A stretch of 64,000 nt of DNA. It comes from Stylophora pistillata (taxonomy: Eukaryota). A program made the position numbers and the translations under genes. The notes under the pieces are model-generated. The model did not search any database. It was not told the DNA's origin and saw nothing but the letters and a program-made list of their open reading frames with translations. Shown here piece by piece: positions 11,578 through 25,432 of this stretch; positions within the stretch are counted from its first letter, which is position 1; each line of letters starts with the position of its first letter. The DNA lies in contig NW_019218627.1 of NCBI RefSeq assembly GCF_002571385.2, positions 11,316 to 75,315 on the forward strand. The letters are read 5' to 3'.

Positions 11578-14080
11578 GAAACCACTGACTGACTGAGGAC
11601 ATCTGTGGAAAGTTTCTCTGAAGAAAGGCCTCAAATTCAATACTCTCCATTTTTTTTGTTCTTTTTTGTACACGGCCTCCACTGACTGAAGGCAGAGTGA
11701 CGCCTAGAAGAAGGAACTCTTTTCTTAGACTCTTCAAATATTTACGAGAATTTAAACTTTAAAAAAAATTGACTATTAATCGCTCATGCACCAGTTGAGT
11801 AGTGGGTTCTGAGGCCGTATTGCACATGGCGGGCTTGTGTGAAGTGTAAACTCTTCTAAAGGTAAAGAAAGGGTCAGAGGTAGGATAGTGGGCAAGAGTT
11901 TTACTTTTGTCGTTTAGCTGTTTCTTTTGTTTTCTTTATTTTTCAGAGTGCTCTTTTAAAGAGTGTCGTGAACTAAAAACCAAAGTAATTTGCAACGGCC
12001 AATCTAAACGAATGAAAATATGAGTAAATGAAAAATGAGCCAACGAGAACTCAAAGTAAAAACATGCAAACTGTCTGCAGCACGAGAAGACATGGATGAC
12101 CAAGTCACTATTGGTCTTCGTTTCAAAACCGACTTTCGGGATCAATTTCTGAGCGAAGTAAAGATCAACCAAAGCGATCTCGAATTACTTTAACCTCTCA
12201 ACCGAGAGTGCTGTTGCCACAGAACAGTTTGTTCACCAAGCAATACTACCATAAAACTCCATACATTTAGAAGCTAAACTTTAATATCTACCTACTGATA
12301 ACATTCAATCAAAAATCAGATCATCTCATAAATACCTGACTTCAAGTGTTTTTGCTATTAATCATTAGCTCACTATGCCAAAATGCTAACTGTTACACAT
12401 TATGTGCTGCAGTTAGCTGAAACCTTACAAGTGTGCCAAGTAAGGTCTGCAGCCAGAGCTAGGTCATTACACAGTGCATGGATTGAACCCAGGGGTAAAG
12501 ATAGATGATATGATCTGATCGTCCAGGTTAGAGTGTTCCTGGACCTAACTAAGTAGTGTTGTTGGAAGCATTGACTGATGAACACAAGTCACCATAGGAG
12601 TCAAGCTCGTAAAACACAGTCTTTAGGATAACAATTTTGGATAACTCTCACCTGGACAATCAGACTATATAATTACATAGGTAAAAATTGGTAACTTTAG
12701 TTGCTACCCATTCAAAGGTTTGAGAAGTGAAAAAATAAGTTATCAATGCAGCTTAAGCACAGAAATATATTACATAAAATAGAGAGAGACCCAGTACATT
12801 CTGGTAACACTACTCTCATTACTACAGAACTTTTTCTACCAAAACTTATGTGAAATAAATGGCCATTACCAAATGCAAACTGTGATAAAATTAGTCAGAT
12901 CTGTTCAGTTTAAATAAACTGCATATTCCTGCAAATTGATATCAGAGATGAACTAAGTAAAATTTATTACTTCCAGCAGATTGTAATTTTCAAGGTTGTG
13001 CAACTGTAACAGACAGATTTACAGAGAGAGGGAGACTGACAAACACAGAGACAGATGACAGCCCAGTAGATAGACAGACACCTTTTAGTGCAAATAGTAA
13101 TCACCAGAAATGCCAAAAGGGGCCCTTGAATTTAAGTGCCAGTGAGAATGTCCTTTCATGGAATGTCCCTAAGAATTTCATTGCTTAACAGTGTCATCAC
13201 TTACTAATTTTTTCACTAGTAAGAGGAAAGAAAAACATCACTTGCAGAACATTCTCTGATTCAAATTCTCATAGTTACATATGTAAGGAATTTATGACAG
13301 ACACTAACAAGAATCGATTTTTAGAGGTTTAAATGAGAGAAAAAATTCAACCAACAATTTGGCCTAACCACCCTGAAAAATATTAATGTGTAATTCCTGT
13401 AGTGTTTCAGCTTCCGTTGCATTTGGAAAATTGAAAAAGAAAAGTTCATATTTTATTTCTATTTAGGGAACAGACTAAATTGGGCAGTAACTAATAATTT
13501 CTTAGGAGTGAGACCTAAGCATTTACGACAAACTAATTACAAATCTGAAAAAATTGGCTGTTTATGCCCTAAATGTCTTTATGCCATGTTAGGCCAAATG
13601 AAAAAGTAGGGAAAGACATTCTCATTGTGAGCCATAATTAATATCTGTATGCTAAAATCAAGTAAATAACAGATAAGAAAAAAAACTCCTACCAACACAT
13701 TAAAGGCACTATCCAATCCATTGCCAAAGTAAATTGTGATATTTTCCACAAAACAGTGTAAATAAAACATACACAATGTACATCTTAGTTAAGTTAAAAT
13801 AAGCAAATCCATAACATCAATCCAGCAACAATATTTATGTCCTCAAAAAATTGTCTTTGTGCTCACAAATGGGAACAGTACAATATTTTCCATTTCTTTT
13901 TTGACAAATTCTGTTGTTAAAAAAAGTTTTATACATGCACACCTTGATTTTCACCAACAAAGTCTAAGTGAGTTTACTAAGCAAACTTTAAGTTGTACCA
14001 CTTTCTTCAGCTCAGAATTATTGCTTGAAAAACATTTACAAGTTTTTTTTAATGGCCAGTCTTAAAAAGCTGTTGCTTGT

Positions 14081-16849
14081 CTATGCCCTGGTTGATTTAT
14101 CACCTTCCCAGGCCACCTCTGTCAGTCTGATTTTTCTGACCCGGCGATAGTAAATAACACATAGGATGAAAAACACAATCACCAAAATAAAGCCACAGAT
14201 CTAGGGAAGAAAATTAAATTTAAAATAAATGTCAGTTATTGGGAAAGATAACTTTGGAATGCGCAGTCAAGAGAACTGTTTGTGCATTATCATGAAGCAA
14301 CATCGAGTGACGAGTGGTTACCAATTTTTTCCCTGAGGAACAGGCAGAATTTCAATAGAAATTTTTGTATCAGTTTCAAAATTTGGCCTCTGCAACCAGT
14401 CCCAAAAATTCAAACTGATGGAATTCATGCAACTGATTGGTATGAAAAATTATTTTCCAAGGGCAAAGAATTCACAAAAATTCTACAAATCACATGATGC
14501 AAAATGTCCCAGCAACTAGTGTCTCCACATCCTATTCCAGCAATATGTTTTGGAAACAGTAAAAACAATACCACATGTTCCAGAGGCTTGTGGCAGCCAA
14601 TTTTTCCAGCTCCTTACTCATCCATATCTCTTGTCTAAGATTCTTGTAAAAAGGTCTTTTTTCTTGCTAACAAATGGCTTTGCAGCCAATTTAGGTGTTT
14701 TTTAATACATTCACTACACATCACTTGGAAAGCAACACACTGCCTCAGACACAAGAGGTCTTAAATTTCACCAGGAGGGAGATTTAGCAGCAATCTAAAA
14801 GCACGCTAAAAGCAATAAGTACATGTAATAGTTTCACTTACTGCTGCAATGATAAACTGCGCAGAATTCAGGGTCCACTGGGACAAAAGAGCCGAGGAGA
14901 ACAAGAAAAAGAAGAAGTACGACAAGCAGTAACTCAGCAGAAAAATCCACTGTTGGAAACAAAAACAAGTCAGATAATTAGTCCAATGCCTTGACTATGT
15001 CTACCTCTACAAATGAAAATTCCATTTAACCCCCAAGATCCACCAAGACAGAATTTCTCCTTACAAGATCAATATAACAACCAGCGAACAAGTGATGAGA
15101 ATAAAGACAAATATCAATTAGAATATGGAAGTATTAGTTGATCTAATACAAAATTCTCAGATTTAAGATCAGTTATAAGAATTGTATGGTAAATAGTAAG
15201 AGGAAGTAGTGACCAGATCTTTGAAGTGAAAGGGTTAACTATGATTCTTAAGAATTATTATTTTTTTTTGGCAACTTTTAACAAATGGTTAACATCACAG
15301 AGTACACAATTGAGTTATGGATGCGCGCGGAAGGCTGCTAAGCACGAAAGAAGCATTACAGACTCTAGCTTCCAAGATACTTAGGAAACCTCCCCGGTGA
15401 ATCCATGACTCAATAGTGTTTACTGTGGTGTTTATCATTTGTTTTATGACATAAAAAACAAATTTCTTCCAAAACATTTGCTTACATGGAAACAACTGCT
15501 CACGTTAGCAGTGTACACCCATGGACAAACAGTAGACAATGAAGTGACCATTCAGAGTGCACCCTTTACATGATTTATATTATCATTGATGATATTTTAT
15601 TTAGTGTCTTTGACCAGCGCTGGTCATCCATACTTAAACGGAGCAAAACTGAGTAACCAGGCACTCACCAGAGAATACTCCCTCTGCCAAACACCCAGTA
15701 TCTTGACTTTACAGCAACCAATCACATGGAAGAAGATAATGAGTAAAGCTCCGATCCAACACAGAGCACTGACAACGATGAAGAAACCATAATGAGAGAA
15801 TATGCTGGATTCTTCATGACTCAGAACCAATGCAAATGCAATCAGGCCGAGAACCTAGCAATTTTACAACGTAATCATCAATACAAGGGCTTAAACCTGT
15901 TCACTCCCAAGAGTGACCAAAGGGAATTTCTTTGCACAATAAACATACATTTTTGTCTATAACCAAGAAATACATGTATCAATTGTGGAAATCAACTAGT
16001 ATAAAGAAAATTTCAGGGCATAAATACCATGACATGTATGGAAGGCAGAGAAAAGCATTAAGTGTAAGATTTTGAGAAAGGAATGGTTCCATTATGAGAC
16101 AATCCGAGACATTGATTCGTATAATTCCCAGTTATTATTATTTTATTTTTCATAACTTCTGGTCATTAGATTTGTGACTGTACAACTGTACACCAAAAAT
16201 GTTACAATAATATCAGCTTACGATTAAGGTTCGTTAATAACGGCTATAAAGACAACTGGATACCGCCTTGAGCAACAGCTACTGCAAAATGCACCGACGT
16301 GACATTACGCAGCGCTCTCGAGACAGCATTTTAATGACATGCACATATCAAACACTGTACATCCCACGTATAAATCATTAAAATTTGTGATTTGCGAGTA
16401 GAAAAATGTTATGTTTCACGCAGTCGTAACTAGTGCGTAATAAGGAAAAATGTTTTCCTATCGCTACATCAAACAAGAGAAGAATACTCCAGAATAATCC
16501 ACTGATTTCAAAACCCACACTAAATCTTGAGTAGAAGTTTAAACACGCAAAATTTCGCAGTTGATTTGTCAGGAACACTTGTTGGGTGCGGTGAGGCAAT
16601 GCATGTTTTAAAAAATACCTGCATATTTCAAATACAATTCTAACATACACAGAAAAATATTTCACATTAAGAAACTACAAAATCGAAAACTGAAGTCCGT
16701 CTGAATGCTATCGAAAGGGTAGAAAGAAATATGCAATTGACATTATTAAAAGTCGTTTGACTTTCACTTACGAACTGTAACAAATATAGAAGTCCTTCGA
16801 GCGAAATCAAAAAATACGTTTTGCATCCGTAACTGTCGCCTTCGGCCAT
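14081..16849 (-). CDS. MARVEL-domain four-transmembrane protein (CMTM/plasmolipin/MAL-like), 163 aa
   Basis: Exons 16849-16772, 15854-15669, 14949-14842, 14200-14081, all phase 0 with GT-AG; reads MAEGDSYGCKTYFLISLEGLLYLLQF|VLGLIAFALVL...|WIFLLSYCLSY...FIIAA|ICGFILVIVFFILCVIYY...*; four hydrophobic helices and the MARVEL-type 'xxGxLxxxQxVLGLI' start. Confidence 0.75.
15026..15238. mobile_element. TTAA-flanked (piggyBac-like) MITE copy
   Basis: TTAACCCC...AATTTCTCCTTACA...GATGAGAATAAAG...GTGAAAGGGTTAA; same family as 31535-31751, 36343-36557, 46985-47233, 58042-58243. Confidence 0.6.
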
Positions 16850-18557
16850 CGTTTAAATTAATCTGTTGAGAAAAAGTACAATTTGGTTAAACTTTGCCGA
16901 AAGAAACCCCAACTCGAAAGAGAATATTGCGAACAGACCGGTATCGCATCGCTAAAAAATTTGAAATAGAAATGGTATTAGGACAAGATTTGATTAGCTC
17001 TTATTTTTAAATCTTGTGATAAACACACAACTGGATGTGGTCGAGAATGAAACATGGCAGCTACCTGTGCGAAAAGTATGTATACAACATCAGCTCTTAG
17101 GCTGAAAGGCGATTAATAGAAGGAAATGTTTATATCATTCGCTAACAACAACTTCGACGCTAAACAACTTGAATACTACATTCGGTGGTGAACACTGACA
17201 TTCGATTTTGTCATCCCTGAAAAATTTGGACAGATCTCTAAAGTTGCTTAGACATGAAATATTACCAATCCACACTTACCTTATGTTTCAGAAGAATAAT
17301 GTTACCCCAAAGACAGCGAAAAAACCGAAAGTTTCATGAGAGCTTAACTGCTAAAATGCGTGAGAAATAATTATTCTCTACAATCCAACAGCTCAGCGGC
17401 TTTCCGCATAATTTACATAATTACCTTCTGGGTGATTCTAATTTATGCGGACTTCGTTAGTGCATTTTTTTCTCCTGGAAATTAGTTTTCTTCTTTCCTT
17501 TTTCATTCTTTTTTTTCTTTCTTTTTTTCTCTCTTTCTTTCTTTCTTTTTTTTAAATTATTTTATTTGCTCGTTTATTTCGTTAGCCAGATAGCTTTGAG
17601 GATTGTTATATGGCACCTCTTGGGCCTATCCCAGACATCAAAGTTCATTTCATGAAAATTTAAAAGGTGGCACAAATGCAACATAGTAGAGTCGTTTGGG
17701 TGCTAAAGTTAAGGCAAGGTGGAAAATTCACTTTCTTATTTATCATGTTAGTTAGAGATATTTTCGTGTTTCTCTTGATAAACCATGATATCGGAAATTC
17801 TCTCAACCAGGAAATAATTATTGTCAGAGAACGAGTGTTCTATGGGAGAAAAGGGAAATCATATGAAGTTGTGGCTGCCTTAAATATATATAGTTCAGAG
17901 CATCGTGATAGGAAGTACCGTTAAAAGTATTTTAATTTGTTCCCGTGGTAGACCTGTGGGTGATTGTGTCGGCATGTTTATCATGTGGACTATTAAAAGC
18001 GTACTCAAGTTTTGAAAGTTCGATAAGGATGCGGTATATATAGATGTACGCCGTTTGATTTATTGATTGACGAATTAATTTCTGATTGATTTAAAAAAAA
18101 TTAAATGATTGGCCGTTTGCATGCTTATTTGGTTTTATAAACCGAGCTGATGAGAGATCTGTAGGGCTAGTGCTCAAGACGACAGCTTTAGAAACTATTT
18201 TCGGTGGCTAGTTTACATCATTAACTCCGTTATCTTGTTATATCCCCTACCGACACAATCCCACAGTTTCTTCAGAAATTTACCCCATTTATTCATTTGT
18301 TTGCATGTTTGTTGCTGGTTAGTTAGTTTGTTTGTTTGTTGGTTCGTTTTTCTTTTATTGCTGGTTTATGTAATAGGGATGAATAGGTTTGCAAATCGGT
18401 AAATTTGTCCTTAAAAAGACCTCAAGGATGATAGATTTGTGAAAACAAGCAAAAACAGTGAGCGAATATGTGGATTTGAGAAAATACAGAGGATCTAGCC
18501 GGATCGACTGAAGATTGAACCCAGCATCTATGATTTCCGTCTGCCTATAGTTAGTCT

Positions 18558-18712
18558 AAATAATTTGAATATGAACAAAGTTGAAATGGTAAATTGCCCA
18601 CCGTTCGTAACGGTGGGCCAATTTACCATTTCAACTTTGTTGATATTTTCAAATTATTTCGTTACCCCCACCGACGCAGCCCCAAACAGTTTCTTTAGAA
18701 ACTATCAGCCTT
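18558..18712. repeat. Penelope-associated dispersed repeat with a head-to-head inverted duplication
   Basis: Arms AACAAAGTTGAAATGGTAAATTG.CCCACCGTT / AACGGTGGGCCAATTTACCATTTCAACTTTGTT; 18610-18712 is the reverse complement of the repeat at 26006-26110 and 41408-41510. Confidence 0.65.
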
Positions 18713-19509
18713 TATTTATTTATAGTTAGTCTAGTTAGATAGCTAGAGGTTAAGGCTGTTGAGGATTGGGTAATTATGAAGTACACTAATAGGTTGAACG
18801 TCCTAAAAGTAAATTAACATGATTCCAAAGAGCCTTTGTCAAAGCCTCTAGTTGATTTTTATATCCAGTGTAAAATTAGAGCAGTCATTCCTCTTCAGCA
18901 AAGTCCGTTGCACGAGTCCGAAAAAATCAGCGAAATTGAAAGAAATAAAATGGTGGCTAGCGCGTCGCGTAGAACTCTGGGAGTGAGGCTGCTCATAGTC
19001 CATATCCAGTGTTTTCCACTGCAGCTTTTTATAATAGTTGTTTTGCCCAGTAATGAGCATATATGTTGCACGGGTAATTAAATATTCGTACAAAGAGCTC
19101 AGATCAATACAGTTATTAAAGGGAAATAATGATGATAAATATAATAATAATTTTTTCTTTACAACATTAATTTTTATTTCACAAAATCAGTGAAAATACA
19201 GGATAACAAACAAAATTGAGACAAATTAAGGTATAAATATTAAAACAAGTTTAAAAAGTCTCTAGCTGAGAGAAAAGTCTTGAATCTCTTCGATATTAAC
19301 AACTGTTCTACAGAGTAGCAGAATTCATCTTATGTCTGCATTATTTTGCTTCAGCTTCATTCAGCAGAACAGCAAATAAATTGACGATACATGATCGACG
19401 TCCTTAATAATAATAATAAATTTTTCCTTAAAAATATTTCACAAAAAGCAGTTCTCTAAAAAAAAAAGAAAATTCAGTAAACTAAGCTACATAATAAAAA
19501 ATTGACTAC

Positions 19510-19548
<39 letters not shown>

Positions 19549-19967
19549 TAAACATTGGCAGAAGATATATTGAGAAGAAACCTAGAATAGGACTTCTGCA
19601 ACTTAGTAGAAACCAAGGGGCTGAGTATTGATTATGAATATACTGCTATTATTCGTTAATTGCTATTTAGAGTCAGTTCAGGGTAAGAAGCGCCAGTAGA
19701 ATGCTTAAACATAACGTTTGCGACAATTTTTATTCCATATTTGATAACTTCTAATTTGAAAAGTATAATAGAAAATGAAATAGAAGAAATAGAAGAAATG
19801 GAAATAGAAGACCACAAAAATATTTTTGGGGGGTATCTTAAAAAAAAAAAACAGGTGTTGCCATCGCAGAGACATTCGTCATTAATTTTCCCAATATCTA
19901 GAGATGTCTTTACCTGAACTTTTTTCAGGGAACAAACAAATTTATGTAAAGCAAAAGCAAAAGAAAA

Positions 19968-20000
<33 letters not shown>

Positions 20001-20080
20001 GAAAAAAAAAGAAAGAAAGAAACACATGCTCAAAAACTTAAAAGAAAGTTACGATCATTTCGCCTTTTGATCACAGTAAA

Positions 20081-23000
20081 TCACTTGAGTTTTAATGGAG
20101 CGAGGTGATCGCGACTCACTCTACATGACACACACCGGAAGCCTTCTCTTGCAATCGGAACTGACGTCAATCGGGTCCATTCTCCCGTAAGTATGTCGAA
20201 GCATTCTAGAGAATATAGTTCCCGTTCTCCTTTGTAGTCTCGTCCACCAATAACGTAGATCTTGGTATTCAAAACAACAGCCTCGGCATCTTGGCGAAAC
20301 TCAGTCATGTCTGAAAGAGCGGAAAATGTTATTATCATCTGAGAGAGTAGAAACGGTGTAGAATGTAAAATGATTTTTCAGCTCAATGTTGTTATATTTT
20401 GACATTGTTTAATTGCAATAAATAAATGAAATTCCAGGCAAATCGTAGGCTATTTATTGAGGTATATACCTGTATCTAAAGCTTACCTTTAGCCATATTC
20501 CACTGATGCGTCTGTACATCATACACCTCACACTGGCGGAGCGTTGTGTAACCGTTATATCCACCCATGACATAAATTTTACCCTCAACCTCCACAACAC
20601 ACGCCCCGACTTTCCCACAATTCATCGGCAGTACAAAGCTCCAGAGGTTAACCGCTGGATCGTATCGCTCCATGCTTATCTCGGGCTCGATTCCCTGCCC
20701 TTCACCACCGATTACGTAAATATGCGTTTCTGTGGCAACCATTGCGTGACGACTTCGCGGGATTGTGGGAGGGGAAAGAGATTGCCATTTGTCGCTGATA
20801 GGGTTGTAGACCTCAAACGAGTTGCCTTGAGAACCATTTATAATTCCACCTGCAACAAAGCGAGAAAAAAAGTACTAATAAAGCACCGTAATTTGGATGC
20901 TGTTTCAAAATGTTGTAATTATTTTTTCTTTCATTTGTATTTCACTCTCACCTGAGACATACAGCAGTTTGTCATGTTCCGCCGCAGCAGACTTTGCCCT
21001 TGGTTCTTGCATTGAGTTCACATAGTCCCAGTAATTGTGGTGCGGATCATAGCATTGCACCATATCTTGAAGAAGCAGGGAAGCCTGACCTTCTACAGAC
21101 CCAGCGCATGCGTACACAAATCCATCAACGGAGGCCACTGAATGATCGAACAGCTGAGTCCTGGAAAGAGGTGTTAATTACGTGTTAGCTATGTGATACG
21201 TGTTATATAAATTGGTCACCGAGAGCAAACAAAATCTAGTCAAGGAGCAGCTCAAGCAGTTTGAGGGATGCGGTACACTCCAGAGTGATAGCATGGACTC
21301 AACCGCTCCATCAGTCGGTTGGTGGGTTAATCAATGAGTTAAGCCCACTACGTCCTGTCTTGTCAGTCAAACACACCGTTCCGGAGCTTTGACCGAAAAC
21401 CAAAAACACTTAATCAACGTCTAGAATCGAAAAAGGTCAAACTGACATCAGTGATGTTAGAGCCCGGACCCAAAAACTCAATTCTCACGATGCACATTGG
21501 ATATCAGTGTACTGCTGAATTTCAGATGTGATATACCCAGCTGACTATCTACGGTCAAAGCACTGTTAGTTTTGAAATTGATCTTTACTATGCTTTGAAA
21601 TGTTCCCCGCAACGTACCACGTCTTTGCTCGAGCTCCATATCCCATAGAGCTTCGCGGGTTTGTTGGCGCATCAATAGACTGCTGGTGTCAAACTTTCGA
21701 GTAGTAGACTTGCTTATCCCACTTTCTTTGGAATGAAGCTAGTTACCTAGATGGGATACTAGTCTAAGGTAAGTTAGCCTATTGAAAACCTAGTGGATTC
21801 TTAAACTATATGGAAGGGGCTATGTGCTTTGCCCTAAGTCGTGTAGACTTCTGTAAATGATCATAAACGACTCCAGACCTTCATTCAACCAGTTATAGGG
21901 ATTGCTTTTTCCATTTCTTTCACCATAAACCAGTTATAGGGATTGCTTTTTCCATGATTTCTGTCACCATAAAATAGAAGGGACTTTTGGTATTCCAATA
22001 CTTACTTCAAAGGCGCTAAAGTATACCACTGATTACCGATAGGCTCGTAACAGAACGTCAAACGACCTTCCTCTGGGTTTCGCCCTTTACCTCCAACAAA
22101 TAAAATCACGTCGACTAATGTTGAATATGTTCTTGGCAACGTCCGCGGGCTGCTCAAGGTCTTTCTGATGTTCTCATCTTGCGCTGAATTGAATCGCAAG
22201 GCTTCCAAAACCATCTCCTTCGCTGTTGGTGAACGCTGCACCAACTGTTGTCGTTCGACGTGCTCCATTAGGATGCTGGGAGGAAGGAGAGCAAGACGAA
22301 CGTGCTGGAGTAATTTGGCAAAATGGATGCCTCTGTCTTTACGATCATAGTCTGTCCATCTAACTAAACTGTCGAACACCTAAGAGATCAATAAGCATTT
22401 AGAGAGATGATTTGGTATTTGTATTTACAATACTCTAAAATTCTTGTCTTAAGACAAGATTTTCGCGATGGCCTGACGTGTTTTACGGAGTTAGGTCAGA
22501 CAAAATTTCAAATCTGACCTCCATTACATCCGTGCTTATTTCAGCGACTAATGACGGCCCGTAAAGCCCCCGCGACAAACTTTAGGTATCAGTTAGGTAA
22601 GATTTATATTCGATTTTTATTCGCTTCCGTTTTTACTCTGTTTCACATCATAGTAACTAAACTTAGTTGTACGTCTCTGATTCTAATCAAATTTATCACA
22701 CCTACCAGAAATCTTTGATTCAAGTCAAAGTGCGAGAGAACCCGTAGGGGTTACGACTTGTCTCTCTTCACTTTTCAACAAAATGAAAATTCCACATCCC
22801 GATCCTTTAGTTTAGCTCTATATAGTCTGAGGGTCACTAATTGAGCAACTGACTGGTGAACGCAACAGTGCATTACTTGTCAGTAACCGTCGTTTTCGAG
22901 CGAAGCCTAAAATTTCACTGTTAAACCTAAAATCTCCTTGTTACCCCAACAGACGCAGCACCACAGTTTCTTTATAAACTTACCCCCTAAAAATTTCATA

Positions 23001-23817
23001 AACCGGCTCTTCTTACGCGGTGTTAACTATGTCAGTACTTATGCATAACGATTTTGTTTTACCCTTGACTTGTACAAAGGCGTTTCCTCAAGAGGAACTT
23101 TGTTTAGAATGAAACAAGAAATTACAGCGACTTCAATCTAGCCTAAGACTGTGCTAAAAAATCACTTCAGTGGAGTCGCCTTGCTACCTGTTGCTCACCA
23201 GTTGTGCAAATATCACTGTTGGACAATATGCTCTCTAGTTCATCTTGATGTAGCTCCAAAAACTGTGATGTTTCCGCGACTTTGACAAAATTTTCACACA
23301 GAAATCTGTGGCACCGCTGATGAAGCTTTTCTTGTCCATGAGTAAGCGAAATTTCCTGCACTTTCAAACAATTGTCAGGCGTTAAAAAACTCGCAAGAAC
23401 GTAGGAACATTCCTCGATCAAGCTTTGTAGCTTGAAGAAGATTGCAGCCTTGAAAATGTCGATAGCGTTGCCGATGTTGATAAAAATTCGTCCTCCATAC
23501 ATGTAACCAAGTAATGCCTCCATAGTGGAACGCTCGATCTCTTGAGGAAGATCCACGTGCTTAATGAATCGACCGCTTTCGTTGTCTATGAACAGGGATC
23601 GGAAATACGGACTCGCAACGCCGAGGATATTACGATGGCACGAAAATTTCAAACTTCCAATTCGCAGCGTCACATCGCAGAGAATCGCCTCTCTGCGTAA
23701 GAATTGAAAGTACTCGATGATAGAATCTTGAAAATTTCTATCCACAAATAAATACGTTTGGTCCTGTTTGATTCTATTAATGTCTGTCTGGATATCTCCA
23801 ACGTGTTGGGAAGGCAT
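20081..23817 (-). CDS. Kelch-like BTB-BACK-Kelch protein (probable CUL3 adaptor), 601 aa
   Basis: Exons 23817-23188, 22379-22006, 21160-20952, 20849-20487, 20310-20081 (1806 nt, in frame); BTB (LCDVTL..FSCHRNILGVASPYFRSLF), BACK (EQQVFDSLVRW..LLQHVRL), Kelch repeats (IYVIGG..ERYDP...W). Confidence 0.92.
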
Positions 23818-24718
23818 ACTGAACTCTTGAGTCTGATTCCTTTATTTTATATTTTACTAGTGCCTGGTTAGATACATTAAATGCTTACAAGTATTATTTG
23901 CATACCAAGAAAGCTGCGTGAGTTTATTTATGCTCATTTAAGAGTCGTATTTGTGGTGTAAACTAACAGGTACCACTGGTATATTTATGTATGCAAATAA
24001 TGACGGCGGATTTTGTCCGTGCATTTTTGAAATGTAATCGGGCTAACACTCACCTCTTAAACTGAAAACAGACAAAAAAAAATTCAACAGACTTTGGAGG
24101 GAGGGGAGGAACTGAAGAGCGACGGCGAAACAATGACCGGGAAAATATGATTATCACTTTCCATGTTTTGTTGCCAGCGCATGTGTCTGGGTAATGGGCC
24201 GGTCAATATTAATCCCCTGGGCAAGTCGGAGGATATTGGTTGTATCACGATAAAATTTACCTGATTCCCCCATAAGGTTTTGTAATATTGTCATGATCCC
24301 CCTCATAGGCAGTTATAATCAGCAGTCAATTTTTCATGTTCCCCTTTCATATCCTGTTGGATATATATGACTGATCCCCTGTTATTCCCCTGAAAACCAT
24401 GTGATCCCTACCAAAAAAATTCCTCTTCTTAATGAGTTCATTATTTTCCCTGGAAAATTGGAGAGGTGTCTCACACATTTTGACGCAGACTAGATGGTTC
24501 AATGGGTAGTGATCACTTCGATTTTCTCTAACAGCTGGACACCATGATGACTACTTGCGTGATTGTTTACATGCGTGATTGTCTACATGCGTGGTTACAA
24601 AGGCGATAATTAGTCTGGTCTCCTGTCGTCGTGATCCGAACGGACGATCGCGTGAGTTTGGACACTCACCAAGCTCTCGTTTCTACAGAACGAACATAAA
24701 ATCCACTAATTTGTGACA

Positions 24719-25432
24719 ATGTCTGACGAACCGGAAACAACCACCTCTGATTTTTGGAAGGGACTTTGGAAGAACGGTGACATTGGCTGGCATCGTAACG
24801 AAGTGAATGCATTTCTGATCAAGTATTTTGACGAACTCACCGGTGGACGATCGAATCTTCGCTTCTTCGTGCCCCTTAGTGGAAAATCAGTAGATATGTT
24901 GTGGTTGGCCGACAAAGGGCATACAGTGGTTGGAGTAGAGCTCGCCAAGCAAGCAAACGAGGATTTCTTCGCAGAAAATAACCTGACTTTCACGGTGGAA
25001 TCAGTTGAAATGTCTGCAGTCAGTGAGCCTGTGGAAGTATACAAGTGTACGGAGAAGAAGATCACGATCTTTTGCTGTGACCTCTTCGCTATGACAGAAA
25101 ATGATGTTGGTGGGAGATTCGACGCCATCTGGGATCGTGGATCCTTGTCTGCCATCGCTCCTTCGTTTGGTGACAGGGGTAAACGGTATACAACAAAAAT
25201 GCATTCACTTCTGGCTAGTGGTGGAAATTACCTGCTAGAAAGCTGTTATTATGAAGTTGACCGCGGGATGAACCCTCCAGCCAGCATTCCAGACGAGCAG
25301 ATAAATGAAATGTATGAAGAACACTTCACTATCAAAAAGCTGGAAGTGAACAAAATTCAGCCAAACCTCGACATAAAATTGTCCTTTGCTCTCGACATGA
25401 AACATTACCTGTTCAAGCCAAAAGTAAACTAA
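24719..25432 (+). CDS. TPMT: Thiopurine S-methyltransferase-like SAM-dependent methyltransferase, single exon, 237 aa
   Basis: FWKGLWKNGDIGWH, RFFVPLSGKSVDMLWLADKGHTVVGVELA, CCDLF, FDAIWDRGSLSAI and NPP are TPMT-family motifs; first ATG at 24719. Confidence 0.9.
   Translation: MSDEPETTTSDFWKGLWKNGDIGWHRNEVNAFLIKYFDELTGGRSNLRFFVPLSGKSVDMLWLADKGHTVVGVELAKQANEDFFAENNLTFTVESVEMSAVSEPVEVYKCTEKKITIFCCDLFAMTENDVGGRFDAIWDRGSLSAIAPSFGDRGKRYTTKMHSLLASGGNYLLESCYYEVDRGMNPPASIPDEQINEMYEEHFTIKKLEVNKIQPNLDIKLSFALDMKHYLFKPKVN

Noticed and set aside
19656-20033. 125-aa hydrophobic ORF
   Set aside because: Derived from A-rich low-complexity sequence downstream of the Kelch stop.
20081-23817. Kelch gene as a RAG2-like partner of the RAG1-like element
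   Set aside because: Ordinary BTB-BACK-Kelch with introns, no PHD finger, and more than 36 kb away across housekeeping genes.
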